The notes below the pieces were generated by a model, which did no database searches, was not told the DNA's origin, and saw nothing but the letters and a program-made list of their open reading frames with translations. Below, in pieces: positions 19,244 to 28,895 of a DNA stretch of 64,000 nucleotides. Position 1 is the stretch's first letter, and each line of letters starts with the position of its first letter. The DNA comes from an uncultured Candidatus Rokubacteria bacterium. GTDB lineage: Bacteria > Methylomirabilota > Methylomirabilia > Rokubacteriales > DASRDR01. Location: assembly GCA_963826115.1 (NCBI GenBank), contig CAWGVS010000005.1, positions 64,001 to 128,000 of the forward strand. The letters are read 5' to 3'. The position numbers and the translations under genes were made by a program.

Positions 19244-20371
19244 CTAGCTCTTCTTCGCGAAGTAGTGGTTGTACGCCATGCGCCGGCTGACGTTCGTGTC
19301 GAGGTCCCACTTCACCGCGCGCTCGGCGAACTTCTTCTGCGACTCGGTGATCTCCTTGAACAGCGGATTCTCGCCCGCCTTCTTGGTCGCCACCTCGTCG
19401 TACACGTCCAGCTGCTTCTGCAGCACCGCGTCCGGCGTCTTGAAGAACCGGACCTTGTCCTTGACCTGGAGCTCGATGTAGTCCTTCGAGTACCGATCGA
19501 CGGCCTTCCAGGACATGTCCGCCGAGGCCGCCTCGACGGCGCTCTCGATGATCACCTTCATCCTGTCGGGGAGCGCGTCGAACTTGGTCTTGTTGAACGT
19601 GATCTCGAGCTGCTCGGCGTTCTGGTGGTAGCTCTGCAGCATGCAGACCTTCGCCACGTCCGGGAACCCGAGGATCCGGTCGGACGTGGCGTTGTTCCAC
19701 TCGGCCGCGTCGATCAGGCCGCGGTCGAGCGCGGGCACGATCTCGGGGCCCGGCAGCGCGTTGACCGCCGCGCCGAGGGCGGTGAACACGTCGATGGAGA
19801 TGCCGACCGTGCGGAACTTCAGCCCCTTGAAGTCGTCGGGCTTGGTGATCGGCTTCTTGTACCAGCCGAGCGGCTGGGTCGGCATCGGGCCGTAGGGGAA
19901 GGACACCACGTTCGCGCCGATCGACGCGTAGAGCTTGTTCAGGAGCTCCTTCCCGCCGCCGTACTTGTGCCAGGAGAGGAGCATGTTGGCGTCCATGCCG
20001 TAGGCCGGGCCCGAGCCCCAGAGCGCGAGCGCGGTCTGCTTCCCGTAGTGGTACACGAGCACCCCGTGGCCGCCGTCGAGGGTGCCCTTCGACACGGCGT
20101 CGAGGAGGCCGAACGCCGGGACGACGGCGCCCGCCGGCAGCACCTCGATCTTGAGGTCGCCGCCCGTCATGTCGTTGATGCGCTTCGCGAAGTCGAGCGC
20201 GTACTCGTGGATGATGTCCTTCTGGGCCCACGTGCTCTGCCATCGCATGTTGATCGGGCCCTGCGCCTTCAGGACGCTCGGGAAGCCGAGCGCCGCCGCT
20301 CCGACGGCGACGGCTGCGCCCTTGAGGAACTGCCGGCGCTCCGCTGCGGGCTTCACCTGCGCATCGCTCAT
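19244..20371 (-). CDS. dctP: TRAP substrate-binding protein (TakP-like, 2-oxoacid binding), Tat signal
   Basis: RRQFLK Tat motif; WQSTW, LDAVSKGTLD, GLKFRT, DAAEW. Confidence 0.9.
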   Translation of the reverse strand: MSDAQVKPAAERRQFLKGAAVAVGAAALGFPSVLKAQGPINMRWQSTWAQKDIIHEYALDFAKRINDMTGGDLKIEVLPAGAVVPAFGLLDAVSKGTLDGGHGVLVYHYGKQTALALWGSGPAYGMDANMLLSWHKYGGGKELLNKLYASIGANVVSFPYGPMPTQPLGWYKKPITKPDDFKGLKFRTVGISIDVFTALGAAVNALPGPEIVPALDRGLIDAAEWNNATSDRILGFPDVAKVCMLQSYHQNAEQLEITFNKTKFDALPDRMKVIIESAVEAASADMSWKAVDRYSKDYIELQVKDKVRFFKTPDAVLQKQLDVYDEVATKKAGENPLFKEITESQKKFAERAVKWDLDTNVSRRMAYNHYFAKKS

Positions 20372-20489
20372 GCCGCACCTCCTTGTGCCCTAGGGGTTCA
20401 CCGATCGGATGGTGGCGCGTCGCGACGGACTGGATCCGACGGTCGGGCGTGAGACGGCGTGCTCCGCGCCGGTCCGTCGATTGGGCGTC

Positions 20490-20519
20490 ATTCTACCGTC
20501 ACGCTTCGCTCCGTCGCAA
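20490..20519 (-). promoter_or_regulatory. Putative sigma70 promoter of the TRAP operon
   Basis: TTGCGA, 18 nt spacer, TAGAAT on the minus strand. Confidence 0.5.
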
Positions 20520-20629
20520 GACAAGGCGGCACCCGCCCGTCGCCGTCCCGGCCGCGCCGGCTGTCCCGGGAACGCCGCGCGCCCGCGGAGGGTTCCGGCC
20601 CCGGTCCGGCCGTCCGGCCGCGGCGCCGG

Positions 20630-20658
20630 TTGACGAGCCGCGCCGGCTGACCCAGGAT
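20630..20658 (+). promoter_or_regulatory. Putative sigma70 promoter of the PLP lyase/Rieske operon
   Basis: TTGACG, 17 nt spacer, CAGGAT; ATG 8 nt downstream. Confidence 0.4.
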
Positions 20659-20666
20659 GGCGGGCC

Positions 20667-21887
20667 ATGGCCACCCCGCGCCCCCCCGAGAGCGGCTGGC
20701 GCGAGCTCTGGCCCCTCGACCCCGCGGTCACCTTCCTGAACCACGGCTCGTTCGGGGCCTGTCCCCGCGCGGTGCTGGACGCGCAGAGCCGCCTGCGCGA
20801 CCGGCTCGAGAGCGAGCCCGTCCGGTTCCTGGGCCGGGAGCTGGAAGGGCTCCTGGACGGCGCCCGGGCGGCCCTCGGGGCGTTCGTCGGCGCCGCTCCC
20901 GACGACCTCGCCTTCGTGCCGAACGCCACCACGGGCGCCAACACGGTCCTCCGGTCGCTCGATCTCGGGGTCGGGGACGAGCTCCTCGCCACCGACCACA
21001 CGTACAACGCCTGCCGGAACGCGCTCGACGCCGTGACGGCGCGAGCGGGGGCGCGCGTCGTGGTGGCGACCCTGCCGTTCCCGGTGGCGGCCCCGGACGA
21101 GATCCTCGACGCGGTCCTCGGCCGGGTCGGGCCCCGGACGCGCCTGGCGCTCGTCGACCACGTGACGAGCCCGACCGGGCTCGTCCTCCCGATCGAGCGG
21201 CTGGTGCGCGAGCTCCAGTCGCGCGGGGTCGACGTGCTGGTGGACGGCGCCCACGCGCCCGGGATGGTCCCGCTCGACGTCGAGACCCTCGGCGCCGCCT
21301 ACTACACGGGCAACTGCCACAAGTGGATCTGCGCGCCGAAGGGCTCGGCGTTCCTTCACGTCCGGCGCGACCGCCAGAAGGGCATGCATCCCCTGGTGGT
21401 CAGCCACGGCGCCAACTCGCCCCGCTCGGACCGGTCGCCGTTCCGGCTCGAGTTCGACTGGACGGGCACCGCGGACCCGACGGCGTTCCTCACCGTGCCG
21501 GAGGCGATCCGGTACATGGGGTCGCTCCTGCCGGGCGGCTGGCCGGCCCTCATGGCCCACAACCGGCAGACGGCGCTCGCCGCGCGCGATCGGCTCGCGG
21601 CCGCCCTCGGCGTGCCGGCGCCCGCCCCGGACTCCATGGTCGGGACGCTCGCCGCGCTTCCGGTGCCGCCCGGCTTCTTCCCGGCCGCGCCGCCGCGGAC
21701 GGGCGACCCGCTCCAGGCCGCGCTGTTCGACCGCTTCGGGCTCGAGCTGCCCGTCTTCACGTGGTCCGCGCTCTCGTGCCGCATCCTCCGTGTGTCGGCC
21801 CAGCTCTACAACACCGCCGCGGACTACGAGCGCCTCGCCCAGGCGCTCGGCGCGCTCGGGCCCGGCCGCCGTCCGTCGGGTGGATGA
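20667..21887 (+). CDS. Aminotransferase class V PLP enzyme (CefD/EgtE/L-cysteine desulfhydrase-like)
   Basis: FLNHGSFGACP, VDGAHAPG, GNCHKW (PLP Lys), RVSAQLYN. Confidence 0.88.
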   Translation: MATPRPPESGWRELWPLDPAVTFLNHGSFGACPRAVLDAQSRLRDRLESEPVRFLGRELEGLLDGARAALGAFVGAAPDDLAFVPNATTGANTVLRSLDLGVGDELLATDHTYNACRNALDAVTARAGARVVVATLPFPVAAPDEILDAVLGRVGPRTRLALVDHVTSPTGLVLPIERLVRELQSRGVDVLVDGAHAPGMVPLDVETLGAAYYTGNCHKWICAPKGSAFLHVRRDRQKGMHPLVVSHGANSPRSDRSPFRLEFDWTGTADPTAFLTVPEAIRYMGSLLPGGWPALMAHNRQTALAARDRLAAALGVPAPAPDSMVGTLAALPVPPGFFPAAPPRTGDPLQAALFDRFGLELPVFTWSALSCRILRVSAQLYNTAADYERLAQALGALGPGRRPSGG

Positions 21888-23047
21888 GGGACGGGGTGGA
21901 CCTCTTCGACCCCGTCCGCTACCAGGGGGTCCGGCGTCCGGTCGGCGAGGCCGAGACGCTGCCCGCGTGGTGCTACACGTCGCCCGAGTTCTACGCGCGC
22001 GAGGTCGATCGCATCTTCTCGCGCGGGTGGCACTTCGTGGGGCGCGCCGACGAGCTGCCGGAGACGGGGAGCTACCTCGCCGTCGATACCCCGACGGGCC
22101 CGCTGCTCCTCCTCCGGGACGCGGGCGGGCGGGTCGGCGCCTTCGCCAACACGTGCCGCCACCGCGGGGCCCGCCTCCTCGAGGGCCGCGGCCGCTGCCG
22201 GACCATCGTCTGTCCCTACCACGCCTGGACATACGGGCCGGACGGGCGGCTCCTGGGGGCGCCGGGGATGCAGGACCGTCCCGGCTTCGACCCCGCCGAC
22301 TGGGGGCTGACCCGCGTGCGCTGCGAGAGTTGGCAGGGCTTCGTCTTCGTCGGCGTTGACGAGACCGGCCCCGGGCTGGTCGAGCACCTCGGCGACCTTG
22401 CCGAGAAGCTCGGGTCGTACGACTTCGACCAGATGGTCTGCGTGCGCCGGATCGACTACGACCTCGCCGCCAACTGGAAGCTGATCGTGGAGAACGCGAT
22501 GGAGGAATACCACACCGGCGCCGTCCACCACGCGAGCCTGGGCCAGCAGTACGCGGTCCAGGAGGAGACGCGCGGCCACTGGGACGCCCTCTACATTCCG
22601 CAGGAGACGAGCATCGCGGTCCTGCCCGGCGAGACCGCGCCGTTCCCCCACGTCTCCGGGCTCCGGGGGCGGCCCGCCCACGGAACGTACTTCACGATGC
22701 TCCACCCGGCGACCCAGTTCGCGTGCACGCAGGACGCCATGTGGTGGCTGCGCGTGCTCCCCCTGGGGCCCACTCGCTCGCGCCTCGGAGTCGGGTTCTG
22801 CTTTCCGCGGACCACCGTGGCGCGACCGGACTTCGAGGCCGGCGTGAAGAAGTACATGCACCGGTGGGAGACGGGGATCGCCGAGGACAACGCGATCTGC
22901 GAGGCGCAGCAGGCCGGGCTCGCGTCCGCCCTCCGGACCCCGGGGCCGTTCGCGCTCCGCGAGCCCGCGGTTCACCGCGTGAACAACTGGGTGCTCGACC
23001 AGGTCCTCGACGGGCTGCCGGGCCGGCGCCGGGTGCCGACGCCATGA
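21884..23047 (+). CDS. Rieske non-heme iron oxygenase alpha subunit (choline monooxygenase-like)
   Basis: CRH...CPYH Rieske motif; NWKLIVEN-EEYH..VH; EDNAICE. Confidence 0.9.
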   Translation: MRDGVDLFDPVRYQGVRRPVGEAETLPAWCYTSPEFYAREVDRIFSRGWHFVGRADELPETGSYLAVDTPTGPLLLLRDAGGRVGAFANTCRHRGARLLEGRGRCRTIVCPYHAWTYGPDGRLLGAPGMQDRPGFDPADWGLTRVRCESWQGFVFVGVDETGPGLVEHLGDLAEKLGSYDFDQMVCVRRIDYDLAANWKLIVENAMEEYHTGAVHHASLGQQYAVQEETRGHWDALYIPQETSIAVLPGETAPFPHVSGLRGRPAHGTYFTMLHPATQFACTQDAMWWLRVLPLGPTRSRLGVGFCFPRTTVARPDFEAGVKKYMHRWETGIAEDNAICEAQQAGLASALRTPGPFALREPAVHRVNNWVLDQVLDGLPGRRRVPTP

Positions 23048-23712
23048 CCAACCAGGTCGTCCTCGCGTTCAAGGTCATGACGCTCGTGTTCGCGGCGCTC
23101 GCGTCCATCATGAACCCGCCGGCGAACGTGCCGATCTTCCTGGCGAGCACCGCCGGCTCCTCGACGGACGTGCGGAAGGCCCTGTCGTGGCGGATCGCGG
23201 TCAACGTCTTCATCATCCTGGTCGTGTCGATGTTCGTGGGGTCCTACATCCTCAACTTCTTCGGACTGTCGCTCCCGGTCGTGCAGGTCGGCGGCGGCCT
23301 CCTGATCATGTCGTTCGGCTGGACGTTTCTCCACCAGCGGGAGGAGGACGCCTCGGCGCCCAGCGCTCAAACGTGGAAGCCCGAAGAGCTGGCGACGCGG
23401 GCCTTCTACCCCTTGACCCTGCCGCTCACGGTCGGGCCCGGCTCGATGTCGATCGCCATCGCGCTCGGCGCCAACACGTCCCAGGCCGGGCTCTTCTACG
23501 GCGGCCAGCTCGTGGCGATGGTGACGGGGGTCGCGCTCGTCGCCCTGTGCATCTACCTCTGCTACCGGTACGCCGAGACGATCGCGCGCGTGCTCGGAAA
23601 GACGGGCACGAGCGTCCTGTTGCGCCTGTCGGCGTTCATCGCGCTCTGCATCGGCGTCCAGATCCTCTGGAACGGCCTGACCGCCCTCATCCGGGCCATG
23701 CCGAAGGGGTAG
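23044..23712 (+). CDS. MarC family membrane protein
   Basis: SIMNP, FYPLTLPLTVGPGS, 6 TM segments. Confidence 0.88.
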   Translation: MTNQVVLAFKVMTLVFAALASIMNPPANVPIFLASTAGSSTDVRKALSWRIAVNVFIILVVSMFVGSYILNFFGLSLPVVQVGGGLLIMSFGWTFLHQREEDASAPSAQTWKPEELATRAFYPLTLPLTVGPGSMSIAIALGANTSQAGLFYGGQLVAMVTGVALVALCIYLCYRYAETIARVLGKTGTSVLLRLSAFIALCIGVQILWNGLTALIRAMPKG

Positions 23713-23751
23713 CGCCCGCCGCGCTATAGTGGGTCTCGAGGACCCTTGCCG

Positions 23752-24732
23752 ATGACCGGTGCCGCGCCGCACATCCTGGCGGACGACATCCAGGACGCCC
23801 GGGCCTGGCGGCGAGACACCCTGTCGCGCCGGGACTGGCTGGTCGAGGTCCCGCCGCGCTGCGTGGACGAGCTGGACGCCGTCGTCCGGACGCTCCGCCG
23901 CGATCCGCTCCCGACGCTCCTCCTTCACCCCGACCAGTTCGCGATGTCCGCGTGCGCCGAGCTGATGGGGACCGTGCGGACCCGTCTCCGCGACGGGATC
24001 GGGCTGGCGGTCGTGAGCCGGCTCCCCGTGGAGCGTTACGAGGCCGAGGAGCACCGCGCGCTCTGCTGGCTCCTGACCCAGCTCCTCGAGCGCCCCGTCG
24101 CCCAGGCGTGGAACGGCGCGATGCTCTACGACGTCCGCGACACCGGCCGCACGCTCGAGTACGGCGTCCGGCGGTCGATCACCAACCTGGACCTCACGTT
24201 CCACACCGACGGCCCGTGGCTCGACGTCCCGCCACACCTGGTCGGCCTCTACTGCGTGAACCCCGCGCAGGAGGGCGGCGTGAGCCGCTTCGTCAGCTTC
24301 GGCACCGTGCACAACGAGCTCCGGCGCCGCCACCCGCGCCTCCTGTCGCGGCTGTACCGGCCGTTCCCGTGGGACCGGCAGGCCGAGCACGCGCCGGGGG
24401 AGCCGAAGGCGGGCGCCCAGCCGATCTTCCAGTACGACGGCCGCGCGCTCGTCGGGCGCTTCAACGAGCGGCTGATCGAGTCGGGCGCCGAGCTGGCCGG
24501 CGCGCCGCTCGACGCGGAGGGCCGCGACGCGCTGGAGGCGATGCGCGGCGTCGTGGACTCGCCCGCCCTGTGGGTGGAGTTCACGATCGAGCGCGGGCAG
24601 ATCCAGTACCTCAACAACCGCGCGTTCGCGCACAGCCGGACCGACTTTCGCGACGCCTCCGAGCCGGAGCGGAAGCGCCACATGATCCGCGTCTGGACGC
24701 GCGAGGAGGGACGCCGCACCTTCTATCCCTGA
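23752..24732 (+). CDS. TauD/TfdA family Fe(II)/2-oxoglutarate dioxygenase
   Basis: FHTD...NN.AFAHSR..RHMIRVW; TATAGT upstream. Confidence 0.88.
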   Translation: MTGAAPHILADDIQDARAWRRDTLSRRDWLVEVPPRCVDELDAVVRTLRRDPLPTLLLHPDQFAMSACAELMGTVRTRLRDGIGLAVVSRLPVERYEAEEHRALCWLLTQLLERPVAQAWNGAMLYDVRDTGRTLEYGVRRSITNLDLTFHTDGPWLDVPPHLVGLYCVNPAQEGGVSRFVSFGTVHNELRRRHPRLLSRLYRPFPWDRQAEHAPGEPKAGAQPIFQYDGRALVGRFNERLIESGAELAGAPLDAEGRDALEAMRGVVDSPALWVEFTIERGQIQYLNNRAFAHSRTDFRDASEPERKRHMIRVWTREEGRRTFYP

Positions 24733-24802
24733 GCGGGGTCCCGGCGGCGCCCGCCGCGGCCGGTCACGCCGCCTCCAGTCTCTTGCCCCGGGAGGTCCGC
24801 CG

Positions 24803-25234
24803 ATGCGATCGCTCTTGTCGACCGACCCGAGCCTGATCCAGCTCGTGCTCCGATGGACCCTCGCCGTCGTCATGTTCCCCCACGGCGCCCAGAAGGCCCT
24901 CGGGTGGTTCGGGGGACACGGCTTCAAGGGGACGATGGCGTACTTCGGGCAGAAGTTCCCGGCGCCCCTCGGGCTCCTCGCCATCGCGGCCGAGTTCCTC
25001 GGCCCGATCGGTCTCGCCCTCGGGCTCCTGACGCGCGTGGCGGCGCTCGGGATCGCGTGCGTCATGGTGGTCGCGACGCTGACGGCGCACGCGCCGCACG
25101 GGTTCTTCATGAACTGGACCGGCAAGCAGAAGGGCGAGGGCTTCGAGTTTCACCTGCTGGCGCTGGGGATCGCGATCGCGCTGATCCTGGGCGGCGGCGG
25201 GCTCTGGTCTCTCGACGCGCTCCTCGCGCCCTGA
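24803..25234 (+). CDS. DoxX family membrane protein
   Basis: FPHGAQK, AEFLG, GFFMNW, GEGFEFH, WSLD. Confidence 0.9.
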   Translation: MRSLLSTDPSLIQLVLRWTLAVVMFPHGAQKALGWFGGHGFKGTMAYFGQKFPAPLGLLAIAAEFLGPIGLALGLLTRVAALGIACVMVVATLTAHAPHGFFMNWTGKQKGEGFEFHLLALGIAIALILGGGGLWSLDALLAP

Positions 25235-25341
25235 GGACCGGCCGCGCCCCGCTCGCCCCGACGCACCCCTCGCAGTAAGATCGAGGCGGTGCGCTCGACC
25301 AGATCTCCGTTCTCCGCCCGATTCCCCGAGGGAGCCTCGAC

Positions 25342-27639
25342 ATGACCCAGGGTTCATCCATCGGCCGGTCCGTCCGCCGCCTCGACGGCGGGGAGAAGGT
25401 CACCGGCCTCACGCGCTTCGCGGGCGACGTCCAGCTGCCGCGCATGGTCCACGCCCGTCTCGTCCTGAGCCCGCACGCCCACGCGCGGATCACGCGCATC
25501 GACGGCCGCGCCGCCGCGGCCCGGGCCGGCGTGCTCGGCGTCTTCGCCGCGGCCGACCTCGGTCTCGTCAACGTCGACCCGACCGCGCGGAGCAAGTCGC
25601 CGCTGGCCCTCGACCACGCGCTCTTCGTGGGACACCCCGTGGCGGCGGTCGTGGCCGAGACGGCGGCCATCGCCGAGGACGCGGCCGCCCTCGTCGAGGT
25701 CGACTACGAGCCGCTTCCGGCCGCGCTGGAGGCGCTCGCCGCGATGCGGCAGGACGCGCCGCGCGTGCGCGCCGCGGCCGCCGCGGGCGGCGAGGCGGAG
25801 CTGGCCATGCACGGCGCGGCGACCGGCGGCGAGCGGCTCCGCGAGACCGTCGGCCCGAACGTCGTGAGCACCCAGCGCTTCCACCGGGGCGACGTGGCCC
25901 GGGGCTTCGCCGAGGCCGATGTGGTCGTCGAGCGCCGCTTCGAGACGCCCATGGTGCACCAGGGCTACCTCGAGCCGCGCGCGGTCGTCGCGGACGTGGA
26001 CCCCCTCGGGGCGCTCACCGTGTGGACCGCGACCCAGGCGCTCTTCTTCACGCGATCGGAGGTCTCTGAGGTGCTCGGGCTGCCCGAGCATCAGGTGAAG
26101 GTCGTGGCGACGCCCCTCGGGGGCGGATTCGGCGCGAAGTTCGTGCTCCTCGAGCCCCTCGCCGCGGCGCTCGCGCTGCGCCTCCGCCGGCCGGTCTCGG
26201 TCGTCATGACCCGCACCGAGGAGTTCCTGTCGACGACGCCGGCCCCGCCCGCGGTGATCGAGCTCAAGGTCGGAGCGCGCCGCGACGGGACCCTCACCGC
26301 CCTCGAGGGCCGGGCGGTGTTCGACGCCGGCGCCTACGCGGGCGCGCCGCTCGGCATCGCGCTCCTCCTGATGGGCAGCTATTACCAGGTGCCGAACATC
26401 GAGCTCCGCGGCTACGAGGTGCTCACGCACAAGCCCGGTAACGGCGCGTACCGCGCGCCGGGCGCGGTGCAGGGGACCTTCGCGATCGAATCGGTCATGG
26501 ACGAGCTCGCGCGGGCGACCGGGCTCGACCCGATCGACCTCCGGCTCCTCAACGCGTCGCGGCCGGGCGACCCGATGGTGACCGGCCAGCCCTGGCCGAA
26601 GATGGGCCTCGTGGAGTGCCTGGAGCGGCTCCGCGAGGAGCGCGGCCGTCGCGCCACGCGCCGCCGCCGCCCGCGAACCGGGCGGTACCGGCGGGGATCG
26701 GGGGTCGCCGTCGGGGGCTGGATGGGCGGGGTCGAGCCCGCCAACGCCGCGTGCCGCCTGGACCGCGACGGGACGGTCAGCATCCTCGTGGGCACCGTCG
26801 ACATGAGCGGCACCAACACCGCGTTCGCCCAGATCGCCGCCGAGGCGTTCGGCATCCCGTTCGAGGACGTCCGCGTGATCAACGGCGACAGTGACACCGC
26901 GCCGTACGCGGGGGCGAGCGGCGGCAGCAAGATCACCTACACCGTGGGCCTGGCCGTGGAGCGCGCCGCCCGCGAGGCCCGGCGGCAGCTCCTCGCCATC
27001 GCCGCCGACCGGCTCGAGGCCTCGATGGAGGACCTCGAGATCGTCGACCGCGCGGTGCGCGTCCGCGGCGTCCCCGCGCGCGCCGTCGCCCTCGGCGACC
27101 TCGCCAAGGCGAGCATGCAGTTCGGCGCGAAGTACGAGCCCGTGTACGGGCGGGGCGGGAGCGCGACGGTCGCGCGCTCGCCGGCGTTCGCCGCCCACTG
27201 GAGCGAGGTCGAGGTGGACACGGAGACCGGCGCGGTCCGGGTGACCGGCCACCTGGCCGTGCAGGACGTCGGGCGGGCCATCAACCCGGCGGCCGTCGAG
27301 GGACAGATCCAGGGCGGCGTGGTGCAGGGGATCGGCTGGGCGCTCCTCGAGCGGATGCCGTACGACGAGGCGGGCCAGCTCCTCGCGGCGACGCTGATGG
27401 ACTACGCCTTGCCCCAGAGCGACCAGGTGCCGAGCGTGGAGTCCGTCCTGCTCGAGGTGCATTCCGACCACGGCCCCTTCGGCGCCAAGGGCGTGGGCGA
27501 GCCGCCGATCGTCGGCGTGCCCGCCGCGATCGCGAACGCGGTCGCCGCCGCGACCGGGCATCGGTTCACGTCGCTCCCGATCACGGCGCACGAGGTCGTC
27601 GCGGCACTGGACGGCCACGCCGGCGGCCGGGCGGGCTGA
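25342..27639 (+). CDS. Xanthine dehydrogenase/CoxL-family molybdopterin-binding subunit
   Basis: HQGYLEP, GGGFGAK, AYRAPG, VEGQIQGG, GAKGVGE. Confidence 0.92.
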   Translation: MTQGSSIGRSVRRLDGGEKVTGLTRFAGDVQLPRMVHARLVLSPHAHARITRIDGRAAAARAGVLGVFAAADLGLVNVDPTARSKSPLALDHALFVGHPVAAVVAETAAIAEDAAALVEVDYEPLPAALEALAAMRQDAPRVRAAAAAGGEAELAMHGAATGGERLRETVGPNVVSTQRFHRGDVARGFAEADVVVERRFETPMVHQGYLEPRAVVADVDPLGALTVWTATQALFFTRSEVSEVLGLPEHQVKVVATPLGGGFGAKFVLLEPLAAALALRLRRPVSVVMTRTEEFLSTTPAPPAVIELKVGARRDGTLTALEGRAVFDAGAYAGAPLGIALLLMGSYYQVPNIELRGYEVLTHKPGNGAYRAPGAVQGTFAIESVMDELARATGLDPIDLRLLNASRPGDPMVTGQPWPKMGLVECLERLREERGRRATRRRRPRTGRYRRGSGVAVGGWMGGVEPANAACRLDRDGTVSILVGTVDMSGTNTAFAQIAAEAFGIPFEDVRVINGDSDTAPYAGASGGSKITYTVGLAVERAAREARRQLLAIAADRLEASMEDLEIVDRAVRVRGVPARAVALGDLAKASMQFGAKYEPVYGRGGSATVARSPAFAAHWSEVEVDTETGAVRVTGHLAVQDVGRAINPAAVEGQIQGGVVQGIGWALLERMPYDEAGQLLAATLMDYALPQSDQVPSVESVLLEVHSDHGPFGAKGVGEPPIVGVPAAIANAVAAATGHRFTSLPITAHEVVAALDGHAGGRAG

Positions 27640-28895
27640 TGGCGGCGACGCGCGAAGCGGCGGCGGCCTCGCCGGAGCTTCGCCAGCGGGTTCTGGGGCG
27701 GATCGACGACGACGAGGTCGTCCGGCTCGCCCAGGACCTGATCCGGATCCCGTCGTTCACGACCGAGGAGACCCCCTGCGCGGAGTGGCTGGCGAACTAC
27801 CTCGCCGACCAGGGCCTCGAGGTGGAGCTCCAGGAGATCGAGCCGGGGCGGAAGCAGGCCGTGGCCCGCCTCCGCGGCACGGGCGGCGGCCGGTCGATCA
27901 TGCTCAACGGACACATCGACATCGATCCGCTCGCGAGCGGCTGGACCCGCGATCCCTTCGAGCCCTGGATCGCCGAGGGTCGCCTGTACGGCCACGGGAT
28001 CTTCAACATGAAGGCGGGCGTGACCGCGAACATCATGGCCGCGCTCGCGCTCCGCCGGGCGGGCGCGCCGCTGCGGGGCGACGTCGTGGTGGCGTGCGTG
28101 GCCGCGGAGCTCAACAGCGGGATCGGCACGATCCACGCGATCCGGCACGGCGGGCGGACGGACATGGCGGTCGTCTCCGAGCCGTACGGCGCCGACACGA
28201 TCCTCACGAAGCACACCGGGACCATGGACGTCGTGGTCCACACGCTCGGGCGGGCAACGCACATCAGCAAGAAGGAGCAGGGCGTGGACGCCATCGGGCT
28301 GATGATCCGGGCCATCGGCGCGCTGAACGCCATGCGCTTCACCCACGTCCACGACCCGGACCTGCCGGGCCTCCCGCGCCTGAACGTCGGCTCCATCGTC
28401 GGCGGCCGGGGCCGGAGCCACGAGCTGCGCGGCGCCTACACGGTCAGCGACCACTGCACGGCGTACGTCAACGTGCGCTTCAACGCGAGCCAGACCGGCG
28501 AGACCATCCTCGCCGACTTCCGCCGGACGCTCGACGGGCTCGCGGCCGAGGACCCGACCTTCCGGTACGAGATCGAGTTCCCGCCCGCGCTCGAGCGCGG
28601 GCTCGGGCGGCTCGCGAAGGCCGCGGTCGACGTGCCGAAGACCGAGCCCGTCGTGCAGATGGTGCGGTGCAGCCTCCACGCCCTGACCGGGCGCGAGCCC
28701 GAGCACTTCGGGGTCCGGCTGCCCCAGAGCTACGCCGGGAACGACACGACGCACCTCTGGGCCGCGGGCATCCCGTGCTGTCTCTACGGGCCCGGCGGCG
28801 GGTATACGGACTACCATGACGTGCACGTCACCCTCGCGGACCTGTTCCTGTGCACGAGGGTCCTGGCCCTGACCGCGCTGGAAGCGGCCCTGTGA
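27639..28895 (+). CDS. M20/ArgE-DapE family deacylase
   Basis: LNGHIDI, LYGHG..NMKAG, AAE, VSEP, GRATH, YGPG; acidic metal ligands partly substituted. Confidence 0.85.
   Translation: MAATREAAAASPELRQRVLGRIDDDEVVRLAQDLIRIPSFTTEETPCAEWLANYLADQGLEVELQEIEPGRKQAVARLRGTGGGRSIMLNGHIDIDPLASGWTRDPFEPWIAEGRLYGHGIFNMKAGVTANIMAALALRRAGAPLRGDVVVACVAAELNSGIGTIHAIRHGGRTDMAVVSEPYGADTILTKHTGTMDVVVHTLGRATHISKKEQGVDAIGLMIRAIGALNAMRFTHVHDPDLPGLPRLNVGSIVGGRGRSHELRGAYTVSDHCTAYVNVRFNASQTGETILADFRRTLDGLAAEDPTFRYEIEFPPALERGLGRLAKAAVDVPKTEPVVQMVRCSLHALTGREPEHFGVRLPQSYAGNDTTHLWAAGIPCCLYGPGGGYTDYHDVHVTLADLFLCTRVLALTALEAAL

Noticed and set aside
25342-27639. Aerobic CO dehydrogenase form I or II
   Set aside because: Active-site loop is AYRAPG, not AYRCSFR or AYRGAGR; no coxMS adjacent
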